Positions 11,937 through 23,800 of a DNA stretch of 64,000 bases are shown here, one piece after another (positions within the stretch are counted from its first letter, which is position 1; every line of letters begins with the position of its first letter). Location: assembly GCA_008632985.1 (NCBI GenBank), contig QPGO01000085.1, positions 1-64,000 on the forward strand, given 5' to 3'. This stretch comes from Psammoneis japonica (taxonomy: Eukaryota). A model generated the notes under the pieces. It saw nothing but the letters and a program-made list of their open reading frames with translations. It was not told the origin of the DNA and searched no databases. Position numbers and translations under genes: made by a program.

Positions 11937-13611
11937 ATGAGCGGATGTCCGATGGAATTGTTAGCAACCATGGCGGTGGAAAAAGGCGACGAGGAACCAC
12001 CTCAGTCAAGTTCCAACACACCACGTATCTCTCTAAATCATAACGATGTCCTCTGTGGTCGAGGATTTAACGTTAATGCTCATCCAGGTAACAATTCCCA
12101 AGCTACTGTACCAGTGCCCAGTGCATCCTACCTTCTCAGGAGAATAACTTGAAACTTTGGTGCCTGTGCTTTCCCCGTTTCTACTTACATCTATCCTTTC
12201 TTCTCTTTATCAATTTCTCGAAATCGTGCTAACTAACCCGCTATTGACTTTCTCATCCAGGTAACGAAAATTTTCGAAAGACAGTGGAAAGGTACAGAGT
12301 CGTGTACTTGCATGCCCGCTTCAAGAACGAGAAAAGACTGATTGCAGATGCCATACTTAGCGAAATCCGAGCTCTTGATCCACCAGGACGTTTCCTGAAC
12401 AAAGATTCTGAACGGGCGCATATTATGAGATAGAAGATTCCAAGGCAAGAGAAAAGACGAGTCAAGCACTGAGAGAAAACGCCCCTGAGATACGAGCAGA
12501 GATTATTGGTGAGAAGAGAGCAACGCCGATACGAAAGAAAGTGTATAGAAAAAGGCCACGCACGTCACGTCAAGGAAATCCAGAGCTGGTTCCTCCAAGA
12601 TGGAGTGGGGAGGCTCCTACTGCCACACCGACCTTTTTCTATGGATCAGTTGACGGTGCACTCTATTCGCAGCACCAACCGTCTTCCGTTGCTAGTCCCT
12701 CTCTTCCGTACTACACTGCTCTATCCCCGGAACAAGAGGCGTCAAATTCAATTGCTCAGTATTACCAAACGCAGTATCCTGACATGGGCCAGCATGCCAT
12801 TTTTCAACAGCAACCGGTTCTTAATTCTAATCCTTCCCTGTACACTGCTCAGCCACTGAAGCGGCATCGGGTTGCGAGTAGCGTTTCTGAACATCCCACG
12901 GTCTTGACCGATCCAAGAGCAGCGCATGTGCTAGCACCGAACTTGGAACAAGTACAGGGATACGCCACAGATTGCAAGGCTACACCTGGTACAGAGACGG
13001 AATCAGATCAACCCCAAGCCCTTGTACCTCAGCCCCCCGTAGCAATCACAGGTACACGGAAGAACGCAACATCCAAATCAGTCGTGTAGCATGTAGCGGT
13101 ACGCGACACAATCACATTCATCGCAGGATCAAGTGTCGAGTTATTCTGGTGATGACAAGCCGTTGCTGGGAGGAACTTCATCCTCCGATTCAGAGACCAT
13201 GTCAGATCATTCTCGTCTGATTGCCAAGATGGTTTGGTTGGCTCCATCGTCGCCAGGCGCTATGACGGAACAAGTGCTCACTCCTACGCAGAGAAGCGTT
13301 GTAGAAGACAAATCTTATAGATCATCATCTTCCGGCTCAGGCACGTCTTCATTACAGTAATGCAACAACATGGTGCGGTCATGGAGCAAGCTTATGCTTT
13401 TCTTCCAGAAGCGTCGCAAGTGACAAGTCGGGAAGAACATCCTCACCTTCCTACGGTAATTCCGATGCGATGTCAGATCATGGCATTTCAGTTGTCGGAC
13501 CGATCCCGACGGTCCACGTTGGATGAACTGAAGAAGAGCAATGGACAGATTACTTTTTCTCCAATTGCAAGTCACAGATCGTGGAATTCTTGCTATGAAC
13601 TAAATCTCTAA
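11937..13611 (+). CDS. DUF6824-domain protein (diatom-expanded family); intron 12088-12260; 3' end uncertain because of frameshifts
   Basis: NDVLCGRGFNVNAHPG|NENFRKTVERYR...PPGRFL...KTSQALRE is the DUF6824 signature. The GT-AG intron has a CTAAC branch point near 12230. Confidence 0.75.
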
Positions 13612-13849
13612 AACTGTTTGAAAGTCTATAGCCATCATTTTGCATATACAAAATAATAATGAACCCACATTCGTCGAATGTGTTCGCCGCAAGCATGACG
13701 AGTGTGTTGAAGGACACGACATGGACCGAATGAGAACAGAAGATGGTCGAGATGGAGGAATGGAGCGCACAATCCCTCGAGGAAGAAAAGATCTTGGCTG
13801 TTGACCGAAGGTTGCTGCCCTCAAGAAATTATCTCAAGGCAAGAAAATT

Positions 13850-15520
13850 GAACCCAAAGGAAAAGCAAAATCCAAGGGTCAGGGCAAAAGGTGGAAAAAG
13901 AAGAAAATGTGTGGCCTAAAACCTGGGTGGGTGGAGAAGGACGAGAGGCCCATGAATGACAAGCTTCACCAGCATTGCTGCTGGAACAACAAACTGTGTT
14001 GGTGTTTTCACCATGATGCAAGTGGAAAATTTGAAAGAAAGTGGCTAATCCACCGGCCATTTGTGTGCAAAGAACAAGTGCTCATCAGTCAAAAATTGGG
14101 ACAAGGCACTGGGAAACACTAAAAACATGGAGGCACCGAACAACAAGAAGGCGGACAACTCCAACACAAAGAAGCTCAAAAAGGATTTGAAGTCCCTCAG
14201 AAACTGTCCGAAACAAAATAAAACAAAACCCAAACTCTGCACTCAAGGTGCTGCTGCACTTCTGCCCTCACATGGCTCCAGCAACACAAGCCAGCCCGCA
14301 CCCCCAGTGCACAAACTGCCCCAGGAGCATGTGACAATTGGCTGAGACAAAACCTGCTGTGTGGCAGGAGCACATGACAATTGGCTGAGAAAGGGATCAC
14401 CAACACAGGTTGTGCCACACTGCCAAAGTGGCTGGCAACAGTGTGAGTGCCCTGGCAGCCAACAGCTGAGCTTCTTGAATGCTCGACTTCTTGAGCACAC
14501 AGGTCTCTCACACCACAGCCAACCAATGCAGCCACAGCTGATGCACAGAATGAGTGAGATGTTCATCAACATCCATGTCAAACAAATGCACCTCATTCTT
14601 TGCCAGACAGTCATGTCTGCTCATGAACAAATTACCTTGATTTCAGCTTTTTAGCATCCTGGCATTGAGCCAAGGAACTTCCCAGCCTTTGATTCACAGC
14701 AATTGACATCATCACATGAATCCTGCAGTTCCTCCTGCCGCTGAGACCAAATGAAGGGGAATGATGGCCCTCATCCTGGCTGTGTGATGCAATCCACTGA
14801 CCAGCAAATGTGACATCTGAGCCTCTTTCCACAAAAGAGATGACTGAGACAGGGGCTTGCAGGGTGTTGCACCACCCTAAGTGGCCTTTGACCAAGTGCA
14901 CTGTGGCAACAGCAGCACCAGGCTTGCCAGCTGTGGAAAATTCTGAGATTTGCTAGAAAAACTGAAACATCTCACATGAAATGCCCCACTCCAGAGACAA
15001 AGCATTGGCAACATGATGCCTGTGAAAGAAGTCAGCATCCACATCAAACAATGCTCCAGCACTGGGCCAGGGAGGGACAGAGTGCAAGTTGGGAACACTC
15101 TGAACCAGGGAAAAATTGTTGCAGTGCAAACAAAAACACCTGGCAAAAACACTCAGCCACAATGTTCCAGCACCCAAAACAGGCAGAAAACAAAGGAAAC
15201 AAAGAAGGCCACACAACAAGCTGTCCAAAGCTCTCATTGCTCTTGCAGACAAGCTCAACACCTTTGGCTCTAAACAGCTGGTGGAGCAAGATGTCAAGAA
15301 GACTGGCTGTCACTGGGGGGCATCCAAGGAGCCACCATTGTTGGTGTGGTGTTCATCTTTGCAATTTGGTGCACAGCTTCACTTGTGGTCTTGCTGCTTC
15401 CACCAAAGCAATTTGTGTGGACAACTGTGGACCATTTTGCGCGGAAGATGACAGATGGAAAATCTGAAAAATGGGCGCACCAAAGATTTCTGCTGTGCTT
15501 CTCCAGTGCATTTTAACACT
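13850..15520 (+). mobile_element. Very decayed LTR-retrotransposon-like remnants (gag C-terminus / protease-like fragments)
   Basis: Basic tract followed by KLCWCFHH...KWLIHRPFVC (gag-like W-C-x-x-H...H-x-P-x-x-C), and ICVDNC...EDD (protease-like). Similarity is weak and judged by eye. Confidence 0.35.
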
Positions 15521-16458
15521 CATCAATTTCAAGTGACAGCAGGCAGACACTGCTGCAAAGTCACAAAGCACACTCATCGAAGCTGTCTGCTGTTTTGGGC
15601 AAAGATCTGGAAAAATGTTTTGCTGTGTGTTGTTTTGCTTTCAATGAGTGTGTTGTTGACCTTGTTGGACACCGCCAATCTTCTTCACAAGCACAGCATT
15701 TTCTTGTGATGCAGGAAATTGTGGAAAATGCATGGAGCAGAAGGGGTGTGTTGGAGCTCTCAGCAAACAGGCCAATGTGACATGTCAGTGGCTGGAACTT
15801 GTCTTTTGCATGTGAAAAGCATGCATGACATGTTCGCATGATTCCCTTGAATGTGTCAGAGACACTGAATTGCACACAGCTTGGGTGGGATGATCTTTCA
15901 TGCACCCAATTTCATCTGTCTGTTTTCCAAACAAAATGGACTGTTGGACCTCTGCCATCACAGTTGTTCTCAAATGCATGATCTCACAGCATCAAGAGAC
16001 AATGTTCCTTGCCCTTGTCACCAGAATCTGAGCAACTCATTGTGGCAGCACACTTTCTTGAGAGAGTGCCAGCTCACTCAGGTTGTTGTCAGGAGTCACT
16101 TGTGGAGATTGGAGAAGCCTTTGTTTTAAAATCAAGTGCACTGCCCCCCCCCCCCCTAAAAAAAAGCACTTTCACTCGGGTGGGCAAAACAAAAATTTGG
16201 AGCCACTGTGTTGTGAACAAAGGCAGACACTGCCAACATTGAAAGGGCAAATGTCTGGGCCTGGTGTTTTTCAACTTCAGTGGTGCCAGAGTTGGCCTGG
16301 TGTTCTTCAACTTCAGCAGCAGCTCCAGAGCCCTGTTGTTTGCTTGTGCACAGGATCTGGTTCCTTGGGCCAATCCTCTTGAGTTTCCTCACTTGTGTTC
16401 ATCAGGTGCAGAACTTCAGGCGCTGCAGCACAGAGGTGCTTCTGCTTGGCACTGGTGC

Positions 16459-16958
16459 AAGAGTGAATCCATGCATGTTGTTGTTGTTGCTGTTGCCTCT
16501 TGGGCAATTGTCTGACCGACGACTCTTGCACCTGATTCTGAGCGATTCATTTGAGCACTGCAGTGCACTTTCTTGTTGAGAGCACGCTGCATTCAGGGCA
16601 CACTTGTGGAGAGTGGAGATGGTTGATTCTTGTGACAATGACACATTTTTCGGGTGGATTACGCTCGTGCCATTGCGTTGTGTACTGCCAACATCGAAGG
16701 GTGAAAGAGTGAATCCATGCATGTTGTTGTTGTTGTTCTCTGGTGTGTGTCTGACTGACAACTCTTGCACCTAATTCTGAGCGATTCATTCGAGCACTGT
16801 GGTGTACTTTCTTGAGAGGACGCCGTATTCAGGGTACACTTGTGGAGAGTGGAGACGGTCGATTCCTATGATAACGATAATATTTTTCGGGTGGATTACG
16901 CTAATTTTGTGCCATTGCGTTATGTACAAGGCAAAACACTACCAACATCGAAAGGGCG
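16459..16958. repeat. Two diverged tandem ~245-bp units (16459-16703, 16705-16958)
   Basis: Both begin AAGAGTGAATCCATGCATGTTGTTG and share CACTTGTGGAGAGTGGAGA, TTTTTCGGGTGGATTACGCT and CCAACATCGAA. Confidence 0.88.
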
Positions 16959-17189
16959 CAAGTAAGGGGGCCTAGGCAGGGTTCAGCAGCACTGCTGTCT
17001 GTACTGCCTTCAGCAGCCTGAAGCTTTCGATTCTTATGATAACGATAATATTTTTCGGGTGGATTACGCTAATTTTGTGCCATTGCGTTATGTACAAGGC
17101 AAACACTACCAACATCGAAAGGGCGCAAGTAAGGGGGCCTAGGGTTCAGCAGCACTGCTGTCTGTACTGCCTTCAGCAGCCTGAAGCTT
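16859..17189. repeat. Near-identical tandem duplication (16859-17026 / 17027-17189) covering the SIT stop codon and 3' UTR
   Basis: The copies differ by about one substitution and two small indels. Confidence 0.9.
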
Positions 17190-18721
17190 CTGTTTCTGGG
17201 CGTGCAAACCTGCTTTGCGCTCTTCAAGCTCCTTCATGTGTTCATCCATCTCGTCCTCTAGTGCTTCAATTTCATCGAGAGAGAGGTCATTGTAATTGAA
17301 ATCTTCGTTCTTTGGCAACAGTGGAACAGCAGGGTACAAATGGCCAGCCTCGACGCTTTCTTCTTCGTCTTCCTTTCCGCCCTTGCGCGCGGCACGTTCC
17401 TCGGCAGTGCCAATGTAAACTTCATCGCGCTTAAAGCCTCGGACCTTCTTGTCAATCTTGGCAAGGAACCATGCTCCAGAGCAAATACCGGTAGCTTCCA
17501 AAAATAGACAAATGCGGAGGAACAGGTAGGTGATGGGGTTTGACAAAAAGGCAATGGGAAAGGCTGACGCGACAAGCTGCCACGAGATGGATCCGAGAAT
17601 GGTTGTAATGGTGGCACCTAGGAAACCAGTTTCAAATAGTTCCTGGAGTCCATCGCTAACACCCCACAGGTTACCCTTGCCCTCGTCCATCGAGACAGTG
17701 GTGACACGAGAGATGATAAAGAAGCAAGACACGACACTGAGCTGACGGCCAATCATGAAATTGGGAAGGTTGTGTCCCCTGCCCTTGTAGAGGAGATCGC
17801 AAGTCATCTTGGCACACTTGGCTTTTCCACGCTCGTCCTTGGTAAGCTTGGCGACGGCAAAGAAGCAATCTGCATACCTTCGAGCATACCAACGACAGAC
17901 ATGAGGAGGAAGAACAGAATCACGGCAACTGCCTCGGGAACACCGTCCCACATGGTGGTTTGTCCTTGGAACAGAGCAGATAGGGTGACTGCCAAGGCAA
18001 AGCCGAGGACGACAAACGAGACAAGGACACGGAACCAGAAGAAAAGATTTTGGCCGGTGCTGCGCGGAGGCTCCTTGGATTCGATGGGCTTGCCAGCAAG
18101 GTATCCAACACAAATCTGGATAAAGTAGGAGAAGTGCATGAGACCAGTGAATTCAATCGCCCTGGCAGTGTAGAGCGTGAAGAGGTTTGCATAATCGTTG
18201 AAGTAGTCAAGCATACAGAGCGATGCGTTGACCTGCGATTGCAACTGTCCAACTTGTGCCGTAAAGAGGATCATGGCAAATCCGGTGACAAGGAAGATGT
18301 CGACAATCCACTTGGGCAATCCCCAGAGTTCAGCACCTTCGATAGGGGCTCCACACTTGTTGATGAGGAAAACGATAAAGATGACCATGAACTGACGGCC
18401 CATCAGGTAGCGATCGAGGTTGTCTCCCTGTTGGGTCATGGCATTGCCCTTGTAAGCGATCGGGTGGGTGTCCTTGTAGAGCTCACGGTCAATCGGGTGA
18501 AGACCGACCAACGAAGCCTGTCCGCCCTCGACGAACGAGAGCCAAATCAACATCACCCAAAGGATAATAAAGGCAAGAGCAGGATGGTATTGCTCGGACC
18601 ACGCCGTCTGCCTCGTGAAGATCAAGCCCATCACGATCACCAACGAGAAGACCAGGAGAACGGTCGAGTAGAACATCTTGAAGATGCTGAGAGCTTTGTG
18701 CAAGTCTGATTTCTCACTCAT
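17139..18721 (-). CDS. SIT: Silicon transporter (SIT); one-base frameshift at ~17863
   Basis: Four GXQ motifs (EGGQ, MGRQ, EGMQ, IGRQ), CMLD motif, many TM segments and a C-terminal coiled coil. Adding one T restores EGMQIAFFAVAKL across ORFs 17804-18745 and 17139-18113. Confidence 0.95.
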
Positions 18722-19587
18722 GGTTGAATAGGATTTTTGAGTCAATCAGCTAAACAAGAGGCAAGAGACAGCAAAACTAGTGAGCGAATCAGCTACACAA
18801 GAGGCACGATCGCCTTCACACGAGTGGCGCCATGGTCGATACAAGAAACTTACAAGTTTGCTTTTATGTTTTGGTTGAACGACGACAACGAGTTGACCGA
18901 AACAAGGAAAAGTGAGAAGAAAAAGTGCGGGAGACGCATCGATAGCCGATCGCTCAATTTTCGGTGGCCTGTCATTTTTTCTACGCAAAACGGCGTATGT
19001 AGACTTGGTACAAGCCCTACGAGGGATTTGGACATGGCAGCGAACACCATTGACATTCTATTTAAGAGTGACGGTTAACAAGAATGAATTGTGTGTACGG
19101 TATGTCGATAGTGTGTGTACCGGTACATATACTGTAGTAAGGCCCAACAGTACAGTACAGTACCGGAGACAGTCGCAGCAAAAGAGCAAAAGAAACGTAC
19201 GAAGAAAAACAATATAAAACAAAATAATAACATATATAAACAAATAATGAAACCCCATAAAGTACTGTACCTTAAATAATGGTAACTCGATCTGGTAACG
19301 GTAAATTTTTAATATGTTTATAGGGTGATACATGCTGAAATTAAAAATCACTGTGAAAATTATGAGCTGATGTGCGACATCGTTAGCCTTCAGAAGGCTC
19401 AAACGTCAGCGTGACCATGGCGTGACCAACTTTCTCGAAATGATTTCAGTCGGACACAACACCTTGAACTGAATCGACAAGCGGACAAGCAAAGATGACA
19501 ATCTGAGAGTGCGAGATGAAAATCTCGAGCGAAGCATCTTGCTTTTTTGCTTGCTGACCCCAACCTCCCGCTCATCCCAACATCAAA

Positions 19588-19863
19588 TGACAGGATTTGA
19601 ACAGGATTTGGGTGCGCGTGAAGTGTCGCGCGCTGTTTAGTTTGCCGCGCACAGTTTTGTGTGCTTCAGTTCTGCGCGTTCGCGCGCGATGTAGTTTGCT
19701 TTCGAGCCACAAGGCTCACAAGAATGACAACAGCAGCCCGATCATGCCGACCCACACGTCTTTCGGCTCCTGCAACGGTCTCTGAGCGGAGACTCATCTG
19801 CCATTTAGACAGCAGCAAGGAGTCATTGTTTGAATTCTTGCCATTTGCCTTCAATTTCTGTCA
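19588..19863 (+). repeat. 5' LTR (276 bp)
   Basis: Aligns to 26408-26682 with 13 substitutions and 1 indel by my count. Confidence 0.95.
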
Positions 19864-20803
19864 GACCAACAGTCTTGCTCATTGTCAACCCACTGAGCAA
19901 CCGCCATCGTCGTCGTTGATTTGCCAACGACGCCATTTCAATTCTGCGTAGGACCTCCGCACACACTCTACATACATCGGCAAGTCCACGCGCATTCAAT
20001 GCCAGGGCATCGGCAGGAAGTTAACGTCACCGTCAAGTCTCCTTGCTGCTGGATGTCTGGATTGATTGTGCCACCTTTGATCGCTGAAGACACACATTCA
20101 ACGGTCATGTCCAAGTCTGTCCTTGATCCTCATCCCTTGACATGCCTGTTCATCGGTCAACGGTCAAGAACCCTGCATGTTCAAGGATCTTCGTCGCTGA
20201 AGACATGTGCATGTGTGCACATCTTCACGGCCAAGAACCTGCACCTGCTCTTCGGACTGCGGTTTTGCTGCCACTCTGCAAGCACACCGAGTCCATTGCA
20301 CCTGATCTGCCCCGGACTGCTGGTGCTCTGCAGTTCCACTGGGTCCACGAGGACGACTGTGAGAGCAAGCAGCCGTGATTGCAGCTTGCGTTGGGGCGAG
20401 GGTGCTTTCCCGCGTTTGTTCGTTCGTCCACAGCGCCCAACGCCTGCGTCAACTGGCCAGCCTGATCGGGAAATCCAACCGACATAAAACAAGAACGGTT
20501 CGGGGGTCTTGTCCACCTCTGGTCAGCTCACCTGCAGGGGTTTACAACCCGCCACTCCGCTCGTAAGCAACCCAAAGCGCCGCCAGCTGCGGGTTCGGAC
20601 GTGCCGGCACAACTCTACGGACCGGACAGGAAGTCCAGCACTTGACAACGAACGGGACAGCAAAGCCCGGCGACTTCTGATTTTAAGATAGATCAAGATT
20701 TCAAGTCAAGTCTGTTTCAAGTCAAGTCCATTCTCACCCAAGCTTCAAGCCTGCCTTCGCTTCCCAACAAGAATTGCTTGTCCTGACACCACTTTTGTCC
20801 ACC

Positions 20804-23800
20804 ATGGTTCTCACTCGTCAGCAACAAACCGATGGTTTCGAGCACGTTGTTGGAACCGTGCTTGCCCAAGGCGCTGGGAGCCCTCTTCGTTTGGCTTTGG
20901 CCCAAGACGGCACAGACTCGCATCAAGAACTGTTCACATTCATGCCGTCCCAAATCGACTCGCTTGAGTGCGACAACGGCACCAATGTGATCCCTTTGCC
21001 CCGTGGTCATAAGAACATGTCAGCAGCTCTGGTTGGTCTGTACATTGTCAAAGCACACAAAGGTCTTGACGTTGCCAATGACTCCTCGTTGTTCACGCAT
21101 GACGAGTTCCTTGCCCACTGCCTCAGCCCCGATTGCATGTCTTCTGTGTCCATCGGCAGCTCACCCCTCGCACCTCCGCATGTCACCAACCCGTCCAAGG
21201 CACGCGACCCGGTGCGGGACTTCAAGCGAGGCATCAAGCATGATCCCACCGCTTTCACGGCTCTCAAATCCGACAAGCAGTGGCACACTTGTGGCACAAG
21301 CCCGTGCCCAAGACGTCGAGTGCATTCTAGACTCGTCGTACAAACCGACCAGCCCCAAAGACAAACTGCTCTTTGCTGAACAGCAAAAGTGCATGTTCGC
21401 CATCTTCGAACGCATCCTTCTCACCGACAAGGGCAAGGCTCTCATCCGCGAAAATGTGGGGTCTTCTGACGCCCAGACCGTCTGCCGCGCCTTGTCTGAG
21501 CACGCGCTCGCCTCCACCCGCGCATCTGTCGAGTCCTCCACCTTGCCAACGCACCTTGCCACCGCACGTCTTGGTGATGGTGCTTGGAAAGGTCCAACCC
21601 ACGGGTTCATCCTTCATTGGCAAGATCAGTTGCACAAGTGCGAGGCACTCATCCCGGCCAGTGACCACTTCTCTGAAGGACAGAAGCGCGTCATGCTCGA
21701 GAATGCCGCACACCCTGTCGAGGAACTCCGTGCTGTCAAGAACCAAGCTGATCAGCATCGTACGCAGAGTGGCAAGAGCCTCACATACGATCAACACTGT
21801 GGCTTGCTCCTCTCCACGGCAGCTCAGTGCAACAGTGCGTTTCAACCCAAGACGACACCTCGCGCTCCCCGACGCGCCACACACGCACACGACGTCTGCT
21901 CCGAGGAACCCTCCGATGATGTGTTCTACGACATTGACAGCGACATTGACGTCCTTCAGGCCAATGCTGCCTGCACCCGCGGTCCCAGCCTCACCGGTGA
22001 CCAATGGAAACGTCTCCCTCCCGACCACCAACGGATCTGGGATTCGTTGCCCAATTCCTCCAAGGCGATCATCCTTGAGCATTCTCGTCCGCCTCCCCGC
22101 AACCCGCGAGCCAGCAACTGCCATGAGTCTGTTACGGCCAACCTTCACGACCAACGCCTTGGGAGTGACGGTGATGTCAACTTGTCCAACACGACTCCTG
22201 CTGACTCTGGTGACTCCGCTCCAAATGTGGACGCCACTTCGGACAATCCCATCCTGGCGCACCTCACCAAGCACAAGCCACTGCCACCCGGTGATCTGCA
22301 ACGTCTGTTGTCTCCTAACCAAGCCCCCAACGCCAGTTGACCGGGGCCATCCGCCGCTCCCTCTACCCCGCCAGCTTCTGCCGATGACATGGAACTTAAC
22401 GGCCGCACTTGCCGCCGCGTTGACAACCACAATGTCATTTGCTCTGCCTCTGCTCATCGCTCCACACGCACTGGTGCCCCAGTCGATCGTGGGGCCAACG
22501 GCGGCATTGCTGGCGACGACGTTCGCGTCATTGCACGCACCTCTCGCCAAGTCGACGTTCAGGGCATTGACGATCATCAATTGGTGGACATCCCCATTGT
22601 CACCGCTGGTGCCGTCATTGAGACCCAGCGTGGTCCCGTCATCGCCATCCTCCATCAGTGCGCATGCACGGGCAAGGGCAAGACCATCCATTCCTGCGGC
22701 CAGCTCGAATGGTACAAACAGGATGTCAACGATCGCTCTGTCAAGGTGCCCAACGGCTTGCAACGCATTGCCACTCCTGATGGCTATGTCATCCCCATTG
22801 ACATCAAGGCTGGCCTGCCTTGTGTTGCCATGCGACCTTACACTGACGCCGAATGGGACACCCTGCCCCATGTCATCCTCACCGGTGATGACACATGGGA
22901 CCCTTCCGTCCTCGATCACTCTGTCACTGACGATGACCAGTGGTGCGACGCGATCTCTGACCTGCAGGACGATCCCACTGCCAACCCATTTGACGAATGC
23001 GGCAACTACCGTCATCGTGTCGTTGTCAACGAGACCATCATGTCCGCTTCCTTGTCTGCCGATCACGCGTCCGCCCTCGATGATCACCTCATTCCGAACG
23101 ACGACGTGTTCTGCGAGTGTCATCTACACGCGATTGACCCCAAGGGCGACGACGTTCCGCCTCCGGAGCGCACTGTACAGCCCAAGGACCCCCCCTTCGA
23201 GTCTCTTCGGCCTTGCTTTGGCTTCCTGCCTGCCGATGCGGTCCGTCGTGCTTTTGACTGCACCACGCAGTGCGCCCGCATGCCCGCTGGTACACACCTT
23301 AGGAAGGCCTGCAAATCACCCAACCCCGCCCTTAATGTGCACCGCCGCAACGAGCCTGTCGCCACTGACACCGTTTGTGCCGACACCCCGGCCGTCGACT
23401 CTGGTTGCACCAGCGCCCAACTGTTTGTTGGCACCGAGTCTACCGTCACTGATGTCTGTGGCACCAAGACGGACAAAGAGTTTGTCAACACACTCGAGGA
23501 TCAGATCCGTGAACGTGGTGCCCCATCCAAACTCATTGGCGACCGTGCTCAAGTTGAGATCAGCAACAAAGTGCTCGGGATCCTACGCGCCCTCTTCATC
23601 TCCAGCTGGCAAAGTGAGCCTCACCAGCAACACCAAAACTTTGCCGAGCGTCGACACCAGACCGTGAAGCGCATGGCGAACACTGTCATGGACCGTTTTG
23701 GTTTGCCCGCCCACACATGGCTGCTGGCGCTCATGCATGTGTGCTTCATGCTCAACCATGCAGCGTCCCCACGGTCTCCACTGGCGCATGCCCCTCGAGA

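Noticed and set aside
450..16700. Many overlapping Cys/His-rich ORFs in the depleted domains as novel metal-binding proteins
   Set aside because: Loss of TpA removes TAA/TAG stops and Tyr codons in all six frames and inflates Cys, His and Gln, producing spurious ORFs.
19864..19890. Canonical tRNA-Met primer-binding site after the 5' LTR
   Set aside because: The sequence is GACCAACAGTC..., not TGGTATCAGAGC, and I cannot assign a primer tRNA.
21327..23667. Long alternative-frame ORFs (598 aa minus, 764 aa plus) over gag-pol as overprinted genes
   Set aside because: Expected from GC-rich codon bias plus TA depletion; no motifs recognised.
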